Shown here one piece after another: positions 18,519 through 27,098 of a stretch of DNA of 64,000 bases. Source of the stretch: an uncultured virus (IMG/VR IMGVR_UViG_3300025723_000019) (taxonomy: Duplodnaviria > Heunggongvirae > Uroviricota > Caudoviricetes); the IMG/VR virus record IMGVR_UViG_3300025723_000019, positions 1 through 64,000 of that record, one strand, 5' to 3'. The position numbers were made by a program, and so were the translations under genes. The notes below the pieces were generated by a model. The model saw nothing but the letters and a program-made list of their open reading frames with translations. It was not told where the DNA came from and ran no database searches. Position 1 is the first letter of the stretch. Each line of letters begins with the position of its first letter.

Positions 18519-20103
18519 TTTCACTACAAACGCCTTACTTCAAGGGCTTGCTCGCTACCCAGTGGTGAAAGGCGACGTTCAGGGCCACGTTTTCCACGGG
18601 AATCAGTGGACTGGTGGTCAGGGTGGAGAGATGCCTGCCAACATCGCTGCGTTCCAAAGGAACCTCAAAGAGTTCTACGACGCTGGTGGAAAAATTGAGC
18701 GCGTAGACAACGAAAACAAGATAAGTGACCTTTACCACACATTCCTAGAAATGCGAGAAACGCCAGAATACAAGGCAATGGACGCTCGCCATCAGCAAGG
18801 CATCCGCTTTCTAGGGGAAGCAGCAATGTATGCCCACGCCAACTTCAGGGCTGCAAATAGTGAAATCAACCCCAACCAAATCGTTTCATCGCACTTGTTT
18901 GTTGCTCGCAACAAAAACAACGAAATAGTGGCTGCTGTAAATGTTGCCATTCACTCTCCCGACATACGCTTGGGCGACGGTAGCGGCCCGATACTTCCAT
19001 CAGCCAGCATTGGCTACCTCGGCTCAACCGGGAAGATGCCCGGTGCTGCAACGGCACTAATGGAGCAGGCGATTCAGATGGCAGCCGATAAGGGGTTGAC
19101 GATGACCTACCAAACGACAGCCGACAGCCATCCCTATCACGAAATGTTAGGCATTAAAAGGCTTAATGACCGTGGGTTAGAGGGATTTTCAGCAGAAAGC
19201 GCAGCCAAAATCGCAGCCCTTCCAAATCCCAAGCCAACCATTATCAAGGCTGAGGATTTCACTGTTGAGGCATTACTGCGACCCCTGAGCAACTACCCCG
19301 TTTCCAAAGTTGGCAACAACCCGGCGAGCAACAAGTCTTCGCTGCTGTCAGAAAAGGCAAACTCACTTCGGGTTTCCACCGATGGCGACCTGTCCGGCTC
19401 GGCTGCTGCCCACCGGAAATTGGCTGCTGAACACTCGGCTCTGGCATCACAACTGACTGGTGATGCTGCTCAGAAGCATCGTGACGCTGCAACTGCCCAC
19501 ACCGAGGCTGCTGACGAGATTGACGCTATCCGACCCGTTGAGGGTGGCTCTATTGCTTCCAATGCTCTGACCGGGGATAAGGCTCACGCTTTTGCTGGAA
19601 TGGCTGCACGGGCTTCCAATGCTGCGCTCCAAGCAACCATCAACCAAAAGGCAATGCCTGTGACGAAGATGGTGGAAACCGACTACTACGGCCCTCACGC
19701 TAAAGAGATGCTGGCGAAGTTCGACACCCCACCTGTAGATTTCCGGGCGATGGGTGGATTCCACCTTGGATACGGAATTAGACATCAAGATATGGCCGAC
19801 CAACTCCAATCGTTGGCGTACAAACTGCGTGGTGAAAACGGCAATGTTGACAACGCTGCCACTCGTGCGTGGATGCAGGCTTCCGTTGCACACCGAGATG
19901 CAATGCAAGCGCACTACACGGCTGGTCGAATCAACGATGCTGCTGCGTTTGCCAACACGAAGGTGGAAGGTGCAACCCCATCCACTCACCATTCGATGGG
20001 GAACTGTCGCTACGCCTCTACTGCTGCTGCTGATGCTTCCCAAAAGGCAGACGAAGCAACCGAGGCAGCCCAGAACATCGCTGCTGAGCCACAAGACGAT
20101 TGA
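18511..20103 (+). CDS. leader-family multidomain protein (GNAT-like plus two helical modules)
   Basis: YPVVKGDVQGHVFHGNQW; YLGSTGKMPGAATALM; internal DFTVEALL..YPVSK. Confidence 0.8.
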   Translation: MLDFTTNALLQGLARYPVVKGDVQGHVFHGNQWTGGQGGEMPANIAAFQRNLKEFYDAGGKIERVDNENKISDLYHTFLEMRETPEYKAMDARHQQGIRFLGEAAMYAHANFRAANSEINPNQIVSSHLFVARNKNNEIVAAVNVAIHSPDIRLGDGSGPILPSASIGYLGSTGKMPGAATALMEQAIQMAADKGLTMTYQTTADSHPYHEMLGIKRLNDRGLEGFSAESAAKIAALPNPKPTIIKAEDFTVEALLRPLSNYPVSKVGNNPASNKSSLLSEKANSLRVSTDGDLSGSAAAHRKLAAEHSALASQLTGDAAQKHRDAATAHTEAADEIDAIRPVEGGSIASNALTGDKAHAFAGMAARASNAALQATINQKAMPVTKMVETDYYGPHAKEMLAKFDTPPVDFRAMGGFHLGYGIRHQDMADQLQSLAYKLRGENGNVDNAATRAWMQASVAHRDAMQAHYTAGRINDAAAFANTKVEGATPSTHHSMGNCRYASTAAADASQKADEATEAAQNIAAEPQDD

Positions 20104-20141
20104 CCCTAGACACATTTCACTGACTGAGGTAGAGTGAAGAA

Positions 20142-20288
20142 ATGACTGAACTGCGTTGTCGAAATTGCGGGGCAAGCATTGAGCGCATTGTCCCCGGTTC
20201 CACCACTCCAAACCATTTCCGGCACAAGAACAAGGCCGTTGCCTGCGACTTGGATGATGTCGGCTCCCTTACTGCTGAACCGAAGTAA
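20142..20288 (+). CDS. small Zn-finger-like protein
   Basis: MTELRCRNCG..HFRH..C; GAGGT RBS. Confidence 0.5.
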   Translation: MTELRCRNCGASIERIVPGSTTPNHFRHKNKAVACDLDDVGSLTAEPK

Positions 20289-20320
20289 GGCATTTACAAA
20301 ACTAAAGTAATCTTGGCAGT

Positions 20321-21007
20321 ATGCGTGGCGACGAATTCACAACTGCATCACTGCTGAAATCTCTTTCTGCCTACCCGGTTTCCAAGGGCGATTTCGACGG
20401 CCACCCGTTTCGTGGGAACCAATACCGGACTGGTGAAGGTGGGTTTCCAAACGCCAAAGTGACTAGCCCCAAGGAATTCCTGTCGGCTTTCAGCAGTGCG
20501 TTCAAGGGAAATCCCTACTCTGCGTTCGTGAATCACTACACCCTCGCCCAAATTAAGGCCGAGAAGATGACCCCGCTTCTGTCCCCGGATGGTCGAACCG
20601 GCTGCCTCATCCACGACCACGGTGATGGTCGAATCGAAGCCACGGCTTTGTTCTCCAAGGGCGTGAGTGGCAGTGGTGCTGCAATGCTGCACGATGCCAT
20701 TAAGAACCACGGGGTGAACTACGTTGAGTGTTTCGGTGAGCATCTCCCCCAAGTCTATGGTAAACTGGGGTTTAGAGATACCGAGGTGATGCCGTTCAAC
20801 AAGGAGTACGCTCCCAGCGACTGGGACTACGAAAAGTTTGGCACCCCCGACTACCACATAATGGAGTTGAAGAACGTGACCAAGAGTGCTGATGAAAAGG
20901 CAATTCGTGACGCTGCCAAGGCAAAGATGAAGCCCGACCAGTTGAAGTACGAAGAAGCCCTGTGGCGCGCTGCTCAGGCCGTTCTTGGTAGCGACGAGAA
21001 CAAGTAG
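20321..21007 (+). CDS. leader-family protein with GNAT-like domain
   Basis: YPVSKGDFDGHPFRGNQY; LFSKGVSGSGAAML..ECF..LPQVYGKLGF. Confidence 0.75.
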   Translation: MRGDEFTTASLLKSLSAYPVSKGDFDGHPFRGNQYRTGEGGFPNAKVTSPKEFLSAFSSAFKGNPYSAFVNHYTLAQIKAEKMTPLLSPDGRTGCLIHDHGDGRIEATALFSKGVSGSGAAMLHDAIKNHGVNYVECFGEHLPQVYGKLGFRDTEVMPFNKEYAPSDWDYEKFGTPDYHIMELKNVTKSADEKAIRDAAKAKMKPDQLKYEEALWRAAQAVLGSDENK

Positions 21008-21039
21008 GAATTCCAGCACCCTGCGATACTCTGGTATCT

Positions 21040-21294
21040 ATGGATGCGTCTGATTTCACTAGCGATACCCTGATTCGTTGGGTCGCCAAGGCCGACCGCT
21101 GGAGTGGTCGCGACCTCGCAAGCGAGCGATTCCAAAAGGCTGCTCAGGCTCACATTCAGGCTGGCCAACTCTGGCAACGTGCTGCACACGCCTACGCCAG
21201 TGGTGATGAGGCTAACGCCAAGGTTCTGTACAAGCAGGCCCACGACGCTTCGGCCAAGGCAAAGAACCTGTCTGCTGAAGCAGAAATGATTTAA
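21040..21294 (+). CDS. partial-leader helical protein
   Basis: DFTSDTLI.WVAK leader remnant; Ala/His-rich helix. Confidence 0.6.
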   Translation: MDASDFTSDTLIRWVAKADRWSGRDLASERFQKAAQAHIQAGQLWQRAAHAYASGDEANAKVLYKQAHDASAKAKNLSAEAEMI

Positions 21295-24242
21295 CTAGTC
21301 TGTTGCAACCCACGCTCTGCGAGGCTGACAAGCAAATCACCAACGATTGAGCCTTCCTCGTCTTCATCTTCGTCGGTGCCGTCAATAGCCCTGTCCACGA
21401 TGGAGCGTTTGTGCTGAATCAGGGCTGCGATGTCTTCGTCAATCGTGTCTGCCGTGAGCATTAGCCAAGCGGTCACGCTGTCCTTCTGGCCGATACGGTG
21501 GCAACGGTCTGCGCCCTGCTCCATATCGCTCGGTGTCCACCCCTGTTCGATGAACAGCACGTCGCTCGCTGCCGTGAGGGTCAGTCCCACTCCGGCTGCT
21601 TTGATGTTGCAAGCGATGACTTTTTGTTCGTCGGAGTTTTGGAAAAGGTCAACGGCTTCTTGACGCTTCTCTGACGAGATTCCACCTTGAATCTTGACCC
21701 CATTGGCGAAGTTGACGGCAATGTCATCCACCACAGTGCGATGCCATCCGAACACCACGAGTTTCTTGTCGTTGGCGAGAAAGTCTTCTACCCACTGCTT
21801 GGCGACCTTCATCTTGGCCTTCGCTGCCAGTTGCTTCAGGGTGCTGATTGCGACCAGTTGCTCTGCTGCTCTGGCTCGGAGTGCCTTCATCCACGCCTCT
21901 TTGCGGGCTTCCTCTGAACTTGCCCCGGATTCCAAGGCAAACTGCATTGCAAGTTGTGAAAGGTATTTCACAATATCGGCTTCTGCCTTTTTGTATTCCT
22001 TCATCACGGCTGCGTCGCCTTCCACCACCACGCTGCTCCAACGCTTTGGTGGCAGTTCGGTCAGCACGTCAGCCTTCCTGCGCCGGACATAACACATTGA
22101 GCGCAGTTTGCGATTGAGGGATGCGAGGCTTTTCGCACTGGCTCTGCCGTAGACGTTGCGGAATGACGATGCACCACCAAAGTCATCCAGTCGGTGAACG
22201 ATGCGAAGTTGGGTCATCAGTTCCAACGGCTGGTTGACGATAGGCGTACCGGACAGGCAAACACGAACGCCGTTTTCCACCACTTTGTCGGACAACTTGA
22301 TGGCTGCCTTGGAACGCTGGGCTGCGCCGTTCTTGACGTAGTGGCTCTCGTCTAGCACGATGCCCTTCACTGAGGTGAAACGCTCTACCCAGTGGGTCAG
22401 AATGTCGTAGTTGCAGATTATAATGATGGGATGAGCATTAGATACAGCACTGATGAACTCGCCAACGCCGTCGCCAGACGAGAACGAGGCGACAACATCA
22501 ACGAAATCGTCAAGGACTTCCCCGGATACGTCCACAATGTCGCTGCTTTCCAAAAGCGACTGGACAACTTCGCCAACCCCAAGCCGAGAAATAGGCGATT
22601 TGAGGGTCGCACCCTGAACCTGCCGGACGATATTGCCCAACTCGGATACATCGCTGGAATCGTTGATGGCGAGGGAAGCATTTCCAAATCCGGCAAGGCT
22701 TGGACTATTGTCGTTTACAACACTGACAAGGGTTTGATGGACTGGCTTTCCAGTTTTGGTGGTCGCAGTTATGTTCGCACGTTCGTCAAGGAGCCGCGCT
22801 TCCCTACGAAGCGAACTCAATACGGTTGGGTCGTCGCTCGTCAACTTGATGTCTTGTATCTTTCTGAAAAGTTGGAACCTTACTTGCTCATCAAGAAAGA
22901 CCGAGCGAGGCAGGCTCAGGCGGAGATTAGGCTTCGTGGTTCCTTCAAGGATGACGGTTCCGGCCTCTCCTAACCAGTTGTGGGCTTCACGCTCCCAGTT
23001 GAATTTCAGGCTTGCCGGGCAGATAATGACTGCTGGAAACGATTGGGTGGCTTGCAAAATTCCAAGGCCCTGACAGGTCTTGCCGAGGCCCATTTCATCA
23101 CCAACGATGACCCCACCTTCACCGGTGTTCTTCGTGCGCTCCCACACGCCTTCGCTGGTGTGTTCCCATCCCATTGCTCGCAGTGCATAGGCAACCCCGG
23201 CACGTTGGAACGGAAACAGTTGCAGTGTTTCACTGCCGAATCCCTTGATGGTGATTTGGGCATCTTTGGCAGCCGAGGCTTCAATGATTTCTTGTACGAT
23301 GCTGGCTTCGTCAACGAGGCGCACTGCCTCAGGGGACATTGCAGCGTTAAACTCCTTGGAGAATTTCAGCACTTCGTCTACGGATTCGATGGGGACAACC
23401 CAAGTCCGTAATGCTGGTGACCACGACGAACCCGGCATCTGGCGCACTGCGCTGAGCAGTTGAGCGTCGTAGGTGAACGAGATAGCGAAGTCCCGGCCTT
23501 GAACCGAAATCTTTGGCCCGGTGGTGATTTCTACCTCAGGCAGTTCCAACACGCCCTTGGACAGTTCAATGTTGTAGTCGCTCGCCAGTTTGCGAACGAT
23601 GCTGACCGTCTCCTTGGGGACAACCCACGTCTTGTCTACGCCATTCCACCTACGACCCGGAATTGAGCGCACAGCATCTACGAGCGATGGGTTGTAGTCA
23701 AACGCCATCACGATTTCGCCGTTGCGGAATACTGCCTTACCGATGTAGTCGGGGTGTTCTGGCTTGGGCGCACTTTCCAGCAACGCCTTGGCTCGCTCCG
23801 TGACCGGGACGTTGTTCTGCTTCGCCCAGTCCAGCACCGAGCCGTACTTGCTGACCGAAACCTGCCAACCTCGCAGTTCACGGTTCCACATAGCGTTGAG
23901 CGCACCCTTGGGATACGCCGAATCACCATACGGCAGGAAGACGAGAATCTTGCCAGCCTTTACGTCAACGGCACGGACAAACTTCTGGCCCTTGACCTTT
24001 GACGGCTCAGGAATAGCGTCGTAGTCAATTCCACCACTAGCAAGTTGGCCTCGGTACTTGGAAAGCATCTCCCACGCTTCACGCTGGGAACCTTCGCTCC
24101 ACGCTTCAGGGGAGATTGCTGCGAGTGCCTTACCGAACCGACTGTCGGGGCCATTGAACCCCTTGGCATCTTGCTGAACCGCACCATCGCAGTTGGCAGC
24201 GAGATACTGGACAGCCTTGGCTAGCAACTCACTTGTCGGCAT
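21291..24242 (-). CDS. SNF2/HARP-like DNA helicase with ~165-aa insertion
   Basis: GDEMGLGKT, ICPASLK.NW.RE, DESH, LSGTP, GVGLTLTAA, QGADRCHRIGQ; repeated N-terminal HARP-like W..W.V modules. Confidence 0.9.
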   Translation of the reverse strand: MPTSELLAKAVQYLAANCDGAVQQDAKGFNGPDSRFGKALAAISPEAWSEGSQREAWEMLSKYRGQLASGGIDYDAIPEPSKVKGQKFVRAVDVKAGKILVFLPYGDSAYPKGALNAMWNRELRGWQVSVSKYGSVLDWAKQNNVPVTERAKALLESAPKPEHPDYIGKAVFRNGEIVMAFDYNPSLVDAVRSIPGRRWNGVDKTWVVPKETVSIVRKLASDYNIELSKGVLELPEVEITTGPKISVQGRDFAISFTYDAQLLSAVRQMPGSSWSPALRTWVVPIESVDEVLKFSKEFNAAMSPEAVRLVDEASIVQEIIEASAAKDAQITIKGFGSETLQLFPFQRAGVAYALRAMGWEHTSEGVWERTKNTGEGGVIVGDEMGLGKTCQGLGILQATQSFPAVIICPASLKFNWEREAHNWLGEAGTVILEGTTKPNLRLSLPRSVFLDEQVRFQLFRKIQDIKLTSDDPTVLSSLRREARLLDERANITATTKTGKPVHQTLVSVVNDNSPSLAGFGNASLAINDSSDVSELGNIVRQVQGATLKSPISRLGVGEVVQSLLESSDIVDVSGEVLDDFVDVVASFSSGDGVGEFISAVSNAHPIIIICNYDILTHWVERFTSVKGIVLDESHYVKNGAAQRSKAAIKLSDKVVENGVRVCLSGTPIVNQPLELMTQLRIVHRLDDFGGASSFRNVYGRASAKSLASLNRKLRSMCYVRRRKADVLTELPPKRWSSVVVEGDAAVMKEYKKAEADIVKYLSQLAMQFALESGASSEEARKEAWMKALRARAAEQLVAISTLKQLAAKAKMKVAKQWVEDFLANDKKLVVFGWHRTVVDDIAVNFANGVKIQGGISSEKRQEAVDLFQNSDEQKVIACNIKAAGVGLTLTAASDVLFIEQGWTPSDMEQGADRCHRIGQKDSVTAWLMLTADTIDEDIAALIQHKRSIVDRAIDGTDEDEDEEGSIVGDLLVSLAERGLQQTS
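22431..22973 (+). mobile_element. LAGLIDADG homing endonuclease gene nested antisense in helicase
   Basis: LGYIAGIVDGEGSI, VYNTD..L, FGG, LEPYLLIKKDRA; TATAAT at 22419-22424 six nt before ATG. Confidence 0.85.
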
Positions 24243-24280
24243 AACCCCACTTTAGCATAGGGTTGTGACAACTACAAGTA

Positions 24281-24544
24281 TTACTTAGTTTCCCGGTTGT
24301 GGTGCTTGTACAGGGCTTGGTCAGTCGTGCCTGCCCATTCAGCAATCTTGCGCCACGTCACGCCGTGTTCGCGGAGACGGGTGACGGTCTGGCGACGCTC
24401 TACGCCCAGTGAAATAACTGCCTTCTCGTGTTCACGCATCTGCTTGCAGACATCCTTGATGTGGCTCAGAAGTGCAGCGACCTCTGCTGAAAAGCCTTCA
24501 TCCATCGGCTGGCGTTCGGGGAGTGGGGTCACGGGTTCAGTCAT
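24281..24544 (-). CDS. HTH DNA-binding protein
   Basis: AGGAG RBS; GVTWRKIAEWAGTTDQALYK. Confidence 0.75.
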   Translation of the reverse strand: MTEPVTPLPERQPMDEGFSAEVAALLSHIKDVCKQMREHEKAVISLGVERRQTVTRLREHGVTWRKIAEWAGTTDQALYKHHNRETK

Positions 24545-24770
24545 TGTTCTCCTAGGGGGTAAAGGGATTTCACTGCTGGGGATTGGATGGATGTCGCTTC
24601 TTGGCTTCTTCTATGTGTTGCTGGTGAAACCAAGGGCCGGACAAAAAGAAATGGCGTGGGCCACAGACGGGGCAGTAGCCGTTCTCGTCGGTAGGGTCAT
24701 CAACTTCTTCCACATTTGGAAACCCTACTACACGAATACCGGTTCAGTCACAGGGGTAGTGGATTTCACC

Positions 24771-27098
24771 TCATAGGCCACTGACAATCCAAAACACAGG
24801 CCAGTACACCGTTGGGTCGTTGGTTGAACCCCCCGATGCCCCACAGAACCTCGTGTAGTGAATCACCACGTCATCTTGACCCTGCCCCGGCCACGTCAGT
24901 TCTCTGTGGAAGACCGAACCGTACCGGTAGTTCACTGTGGTGTCAGGGTACATATAGTCGTAGGCGCACATTTTTGCGTTGGAGAACGAAGTCCACGGCC
25001 CCATAAGGCTTGGTGCAGTTGAAATATGGACAATTCTTCCAGCCGACAGCATTGAAATGGCGACGTAAGTTCCATCTTGGGTGCGTTGGGTGAAATACAT
25101 ATCCCCACCACCGTAAAAAGAACCGAATGGCCCAACTGGATACATCAGGGTGAACAGTTGCTGGTCGCCACTCTGAACAACGTCTTGATGCACCCATCCC
25201 GAAGTTTGCGGCTTTGTGGTGGAACCGTTGTTGACGTACACGAACGAGTTGGCTGGTGTTCCAGTCCACGTTCCCGCGTTTGGCCCAAGGTAGTACTCAA
25301 CATTTCCAAAAGGATTTGCAGTGAAAAGGTCTGTATAGGGAATTCGTGTCCAGTACTGGCCGTACAACCCATAGACGTAGCCATCACCACAACACGTTTG
25401 GCCACTGCCGTTCACCCAAGTGTTGTTCGGGTTGCTGTAGAAAGAGAACCCACCAAGGCGTTCCGGGCTGGCAGTAACACTTCCCAATCCTGCTGCAACA
25501 AAAAATTGCATATTGCTCACATCAGGAGCAAGGAGTTGGTTGGTGAAATAGTTCGATGGCTCTTGGAGTGTTGTCCAAATCCAATCTCTTGGATGGTTCA
25601 ACGCTGCCGTGTAGAACGTCAGCGTCGTTGTCGTACTCGTTGTGGCTGGAAGATTCATTTGAAAGGTTCCAGCAGCAGCAATGGGAGATGCAGTGACGTT
25701 GAGAACGTCAACAATGGTTGAGTAGGTGATTCCGGTGCCGTAGATACGGTAGTTCTTTTGGATGGTGCTTCCAAGAAGCGACGGGTTGGAAACTTGAACA
25801 GTCCTGCTCCCGGCAGTCAACGTACAGGTTGCCGTTCCAATTGTGGTGAAACCACTTGTGTTGATGACGTTCGACACCTGCATTAGTTGGCCACGGTTTG
25901 CAGTGGCGCAATCCATAAACTTTGCTCCACCTCCGATGTAGATGTAATCGCCAGCGACAACGTACGGGCCGTCTGGGGTCGTAAACGTTCCTGACAAGTG
26001 TGGTGGAATGTATTCAGAAGGAGCAGAAGTGTCCCGACCCTCACGGGCGTAAAAGCCGAATTGGTAGTTGGAGTTTCCACCAAATTCTTGCGACGCTGCA
26101 TAGTTCGGGTCGTAAGAACCGGTTTGCAATGTCAGCGTTGAGTGAACGTAGTTTGCCTGCTGATTCCTAGATGGGTTGATGTCTGTTGCTGGGTACGAAG
26201 ACCAGTCAGTGTCTTTCCAAAGGTAAATGGTGGCGTTAGGAACTCCCATCGGCCCTAAGTCCATCGTCACTCCACCGTCAGCACCGTACCACCCGGCTCC
26301 GACGTTATGGCTTTGGACATTGAAGTACAGCGTTGGTGTTGATTGCAACGTCCCTTGGTAGTAGCCGTTCCAATTCGTGGTGAAAGTTTGCGCTGCCTGA
26401 TTGACGCTTGTAATAACCGTTGGTGGCGCAGTACTCGTGCTTGCTCCACTGCTTCCATCCGAAAGGAAAGGAATGGCTGTCCCGTTAAGGGCGTTTCCAC
26501 CAAAAACTGGTTGTCCTACAGCAAAACCAAAACCTGATGAGTATTGAGCAGATGCCCCGGCGAGCCTCGTCAGCGAAAACGACGTGCCACTTGCAGAAAT
26601 CCCCGTCAATGTCAAGGCTGCCTTGTTCGTTGACGTATTCGGCAACTTGTACGGGGGCTTTCCAGCAGAGTTGTACCAAATTGGGCTTGCCGTCGAAGCA
26701 TAGGGCGGCCCCGAATTACTGCCGGGGTTCATAGTCCCAGCCATATCCCACAATGGTGCTGAAAGCACGATTTGCACTTGCGTCGTTACTGTTCCAATAC
26801 TTGCGCCTGCTGGCCATTGACCCGTCACTGAAAACGAGTACGCAGAATTGACGCTGGCAAGATTAGCAATGGTGGACGATGCCACAGATTCGTTGCTGGC
26901 GACGGTGCTGATGACTTGGGTGTACGTTGCCCCAGAACCAGAACCGTTTTGGGTAAATCCAAACACCTGAACCAAGGCCATCTGGTCTGCGCTCAGTGGC
27001 GTGGTGGAACCATTGAACACCCACGGGGATAAAGGACTACCGGTAAGCGTAATGGTGCTGTTCGTCGCACCGGTTGTCAAAACGCCAATCATCTGCAT
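24771..27098 (-). CDS. virion/tail-associated protein, C-terminal beta-propeller-like (possible glycosidase) region
   Basis: T/S/G-rich beta protein; TAATG-coupled; follows collagen-like fibre genes. Confidence 0.6.
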   Translation of the reverse strand: MQMIGVLTTGATNSTITLTGSPLSPWVFNGSTTPLSADQMALVQVFGFTQNGSGSGATYTQVISTVASNESVASSTIANLASVNSAYSFSVTGQWPAGASIGTVTTQVQIVLSAPLWDMAGTMNPGSNSGPPYASTASPIWYNSAGKPPYKLPNTSTNKAALTLTGISASGTSFSLTRLAGASAQYSSGFGFAVGQPVFGGNALNGTAIPFLSDGSSGASTSTAPPTVITSVNQAAQTFTTNWNGYYQGTLQSTPTLYFNVQSHNVGAGWYGADGGVTMDLGPMGVPNATIYLWKDTDWSSYPATDINPSRNQQANYVHSTLTLQTGSYDPNYAASQEFGGNSNYQFGFYAREGRDTSAPSEYIPPHLSGTFTTPDGPYVVAGDYIYIGGGAKFMDCATANRGQLMQVSNVINTSGFTTIGTATCTLTAGSRTVQVSNPSLLGSTIQKNYRIYGTGITYSTIVDVLNVTASPIAAAGTFQMNLPATTSTTTTLTFYTAALNHPRDWIWTTLQEPSNYFTNQLLAPDVSNMQFFVAAGLGSVTASPERLGGFSFYSNPNNTWVNGSGQTCCGDGYVYGLYGQYWTRIPYTDLFTANPFGNVEYYLGPNAGTWTGTPANSFVYVNNGSTTKPQTSGWVHQDVVQSGDQQLFTLMYPVGPFGSFYGGGDMYFTQRTQDGTYVAISMLSAGRIVHISTAPSLMGPWTSFSNAKMCAYDYMYPDTTVNYRYGSVFHRELTWPGQGQDDVVIHYTRFCGASGGSTNDPTVYWPVFWIVSGL

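Noticed and set aside
22431..22930. Intein or group I intron explanation for the helicase insertion
   Set aside because: No N-terminal Cys/Ser block or C-terminal HN/HQ plus nucleophile in the helicase frame. The endonuclease ORF fills the whole insertion, leaving no room for a ribozyme core.
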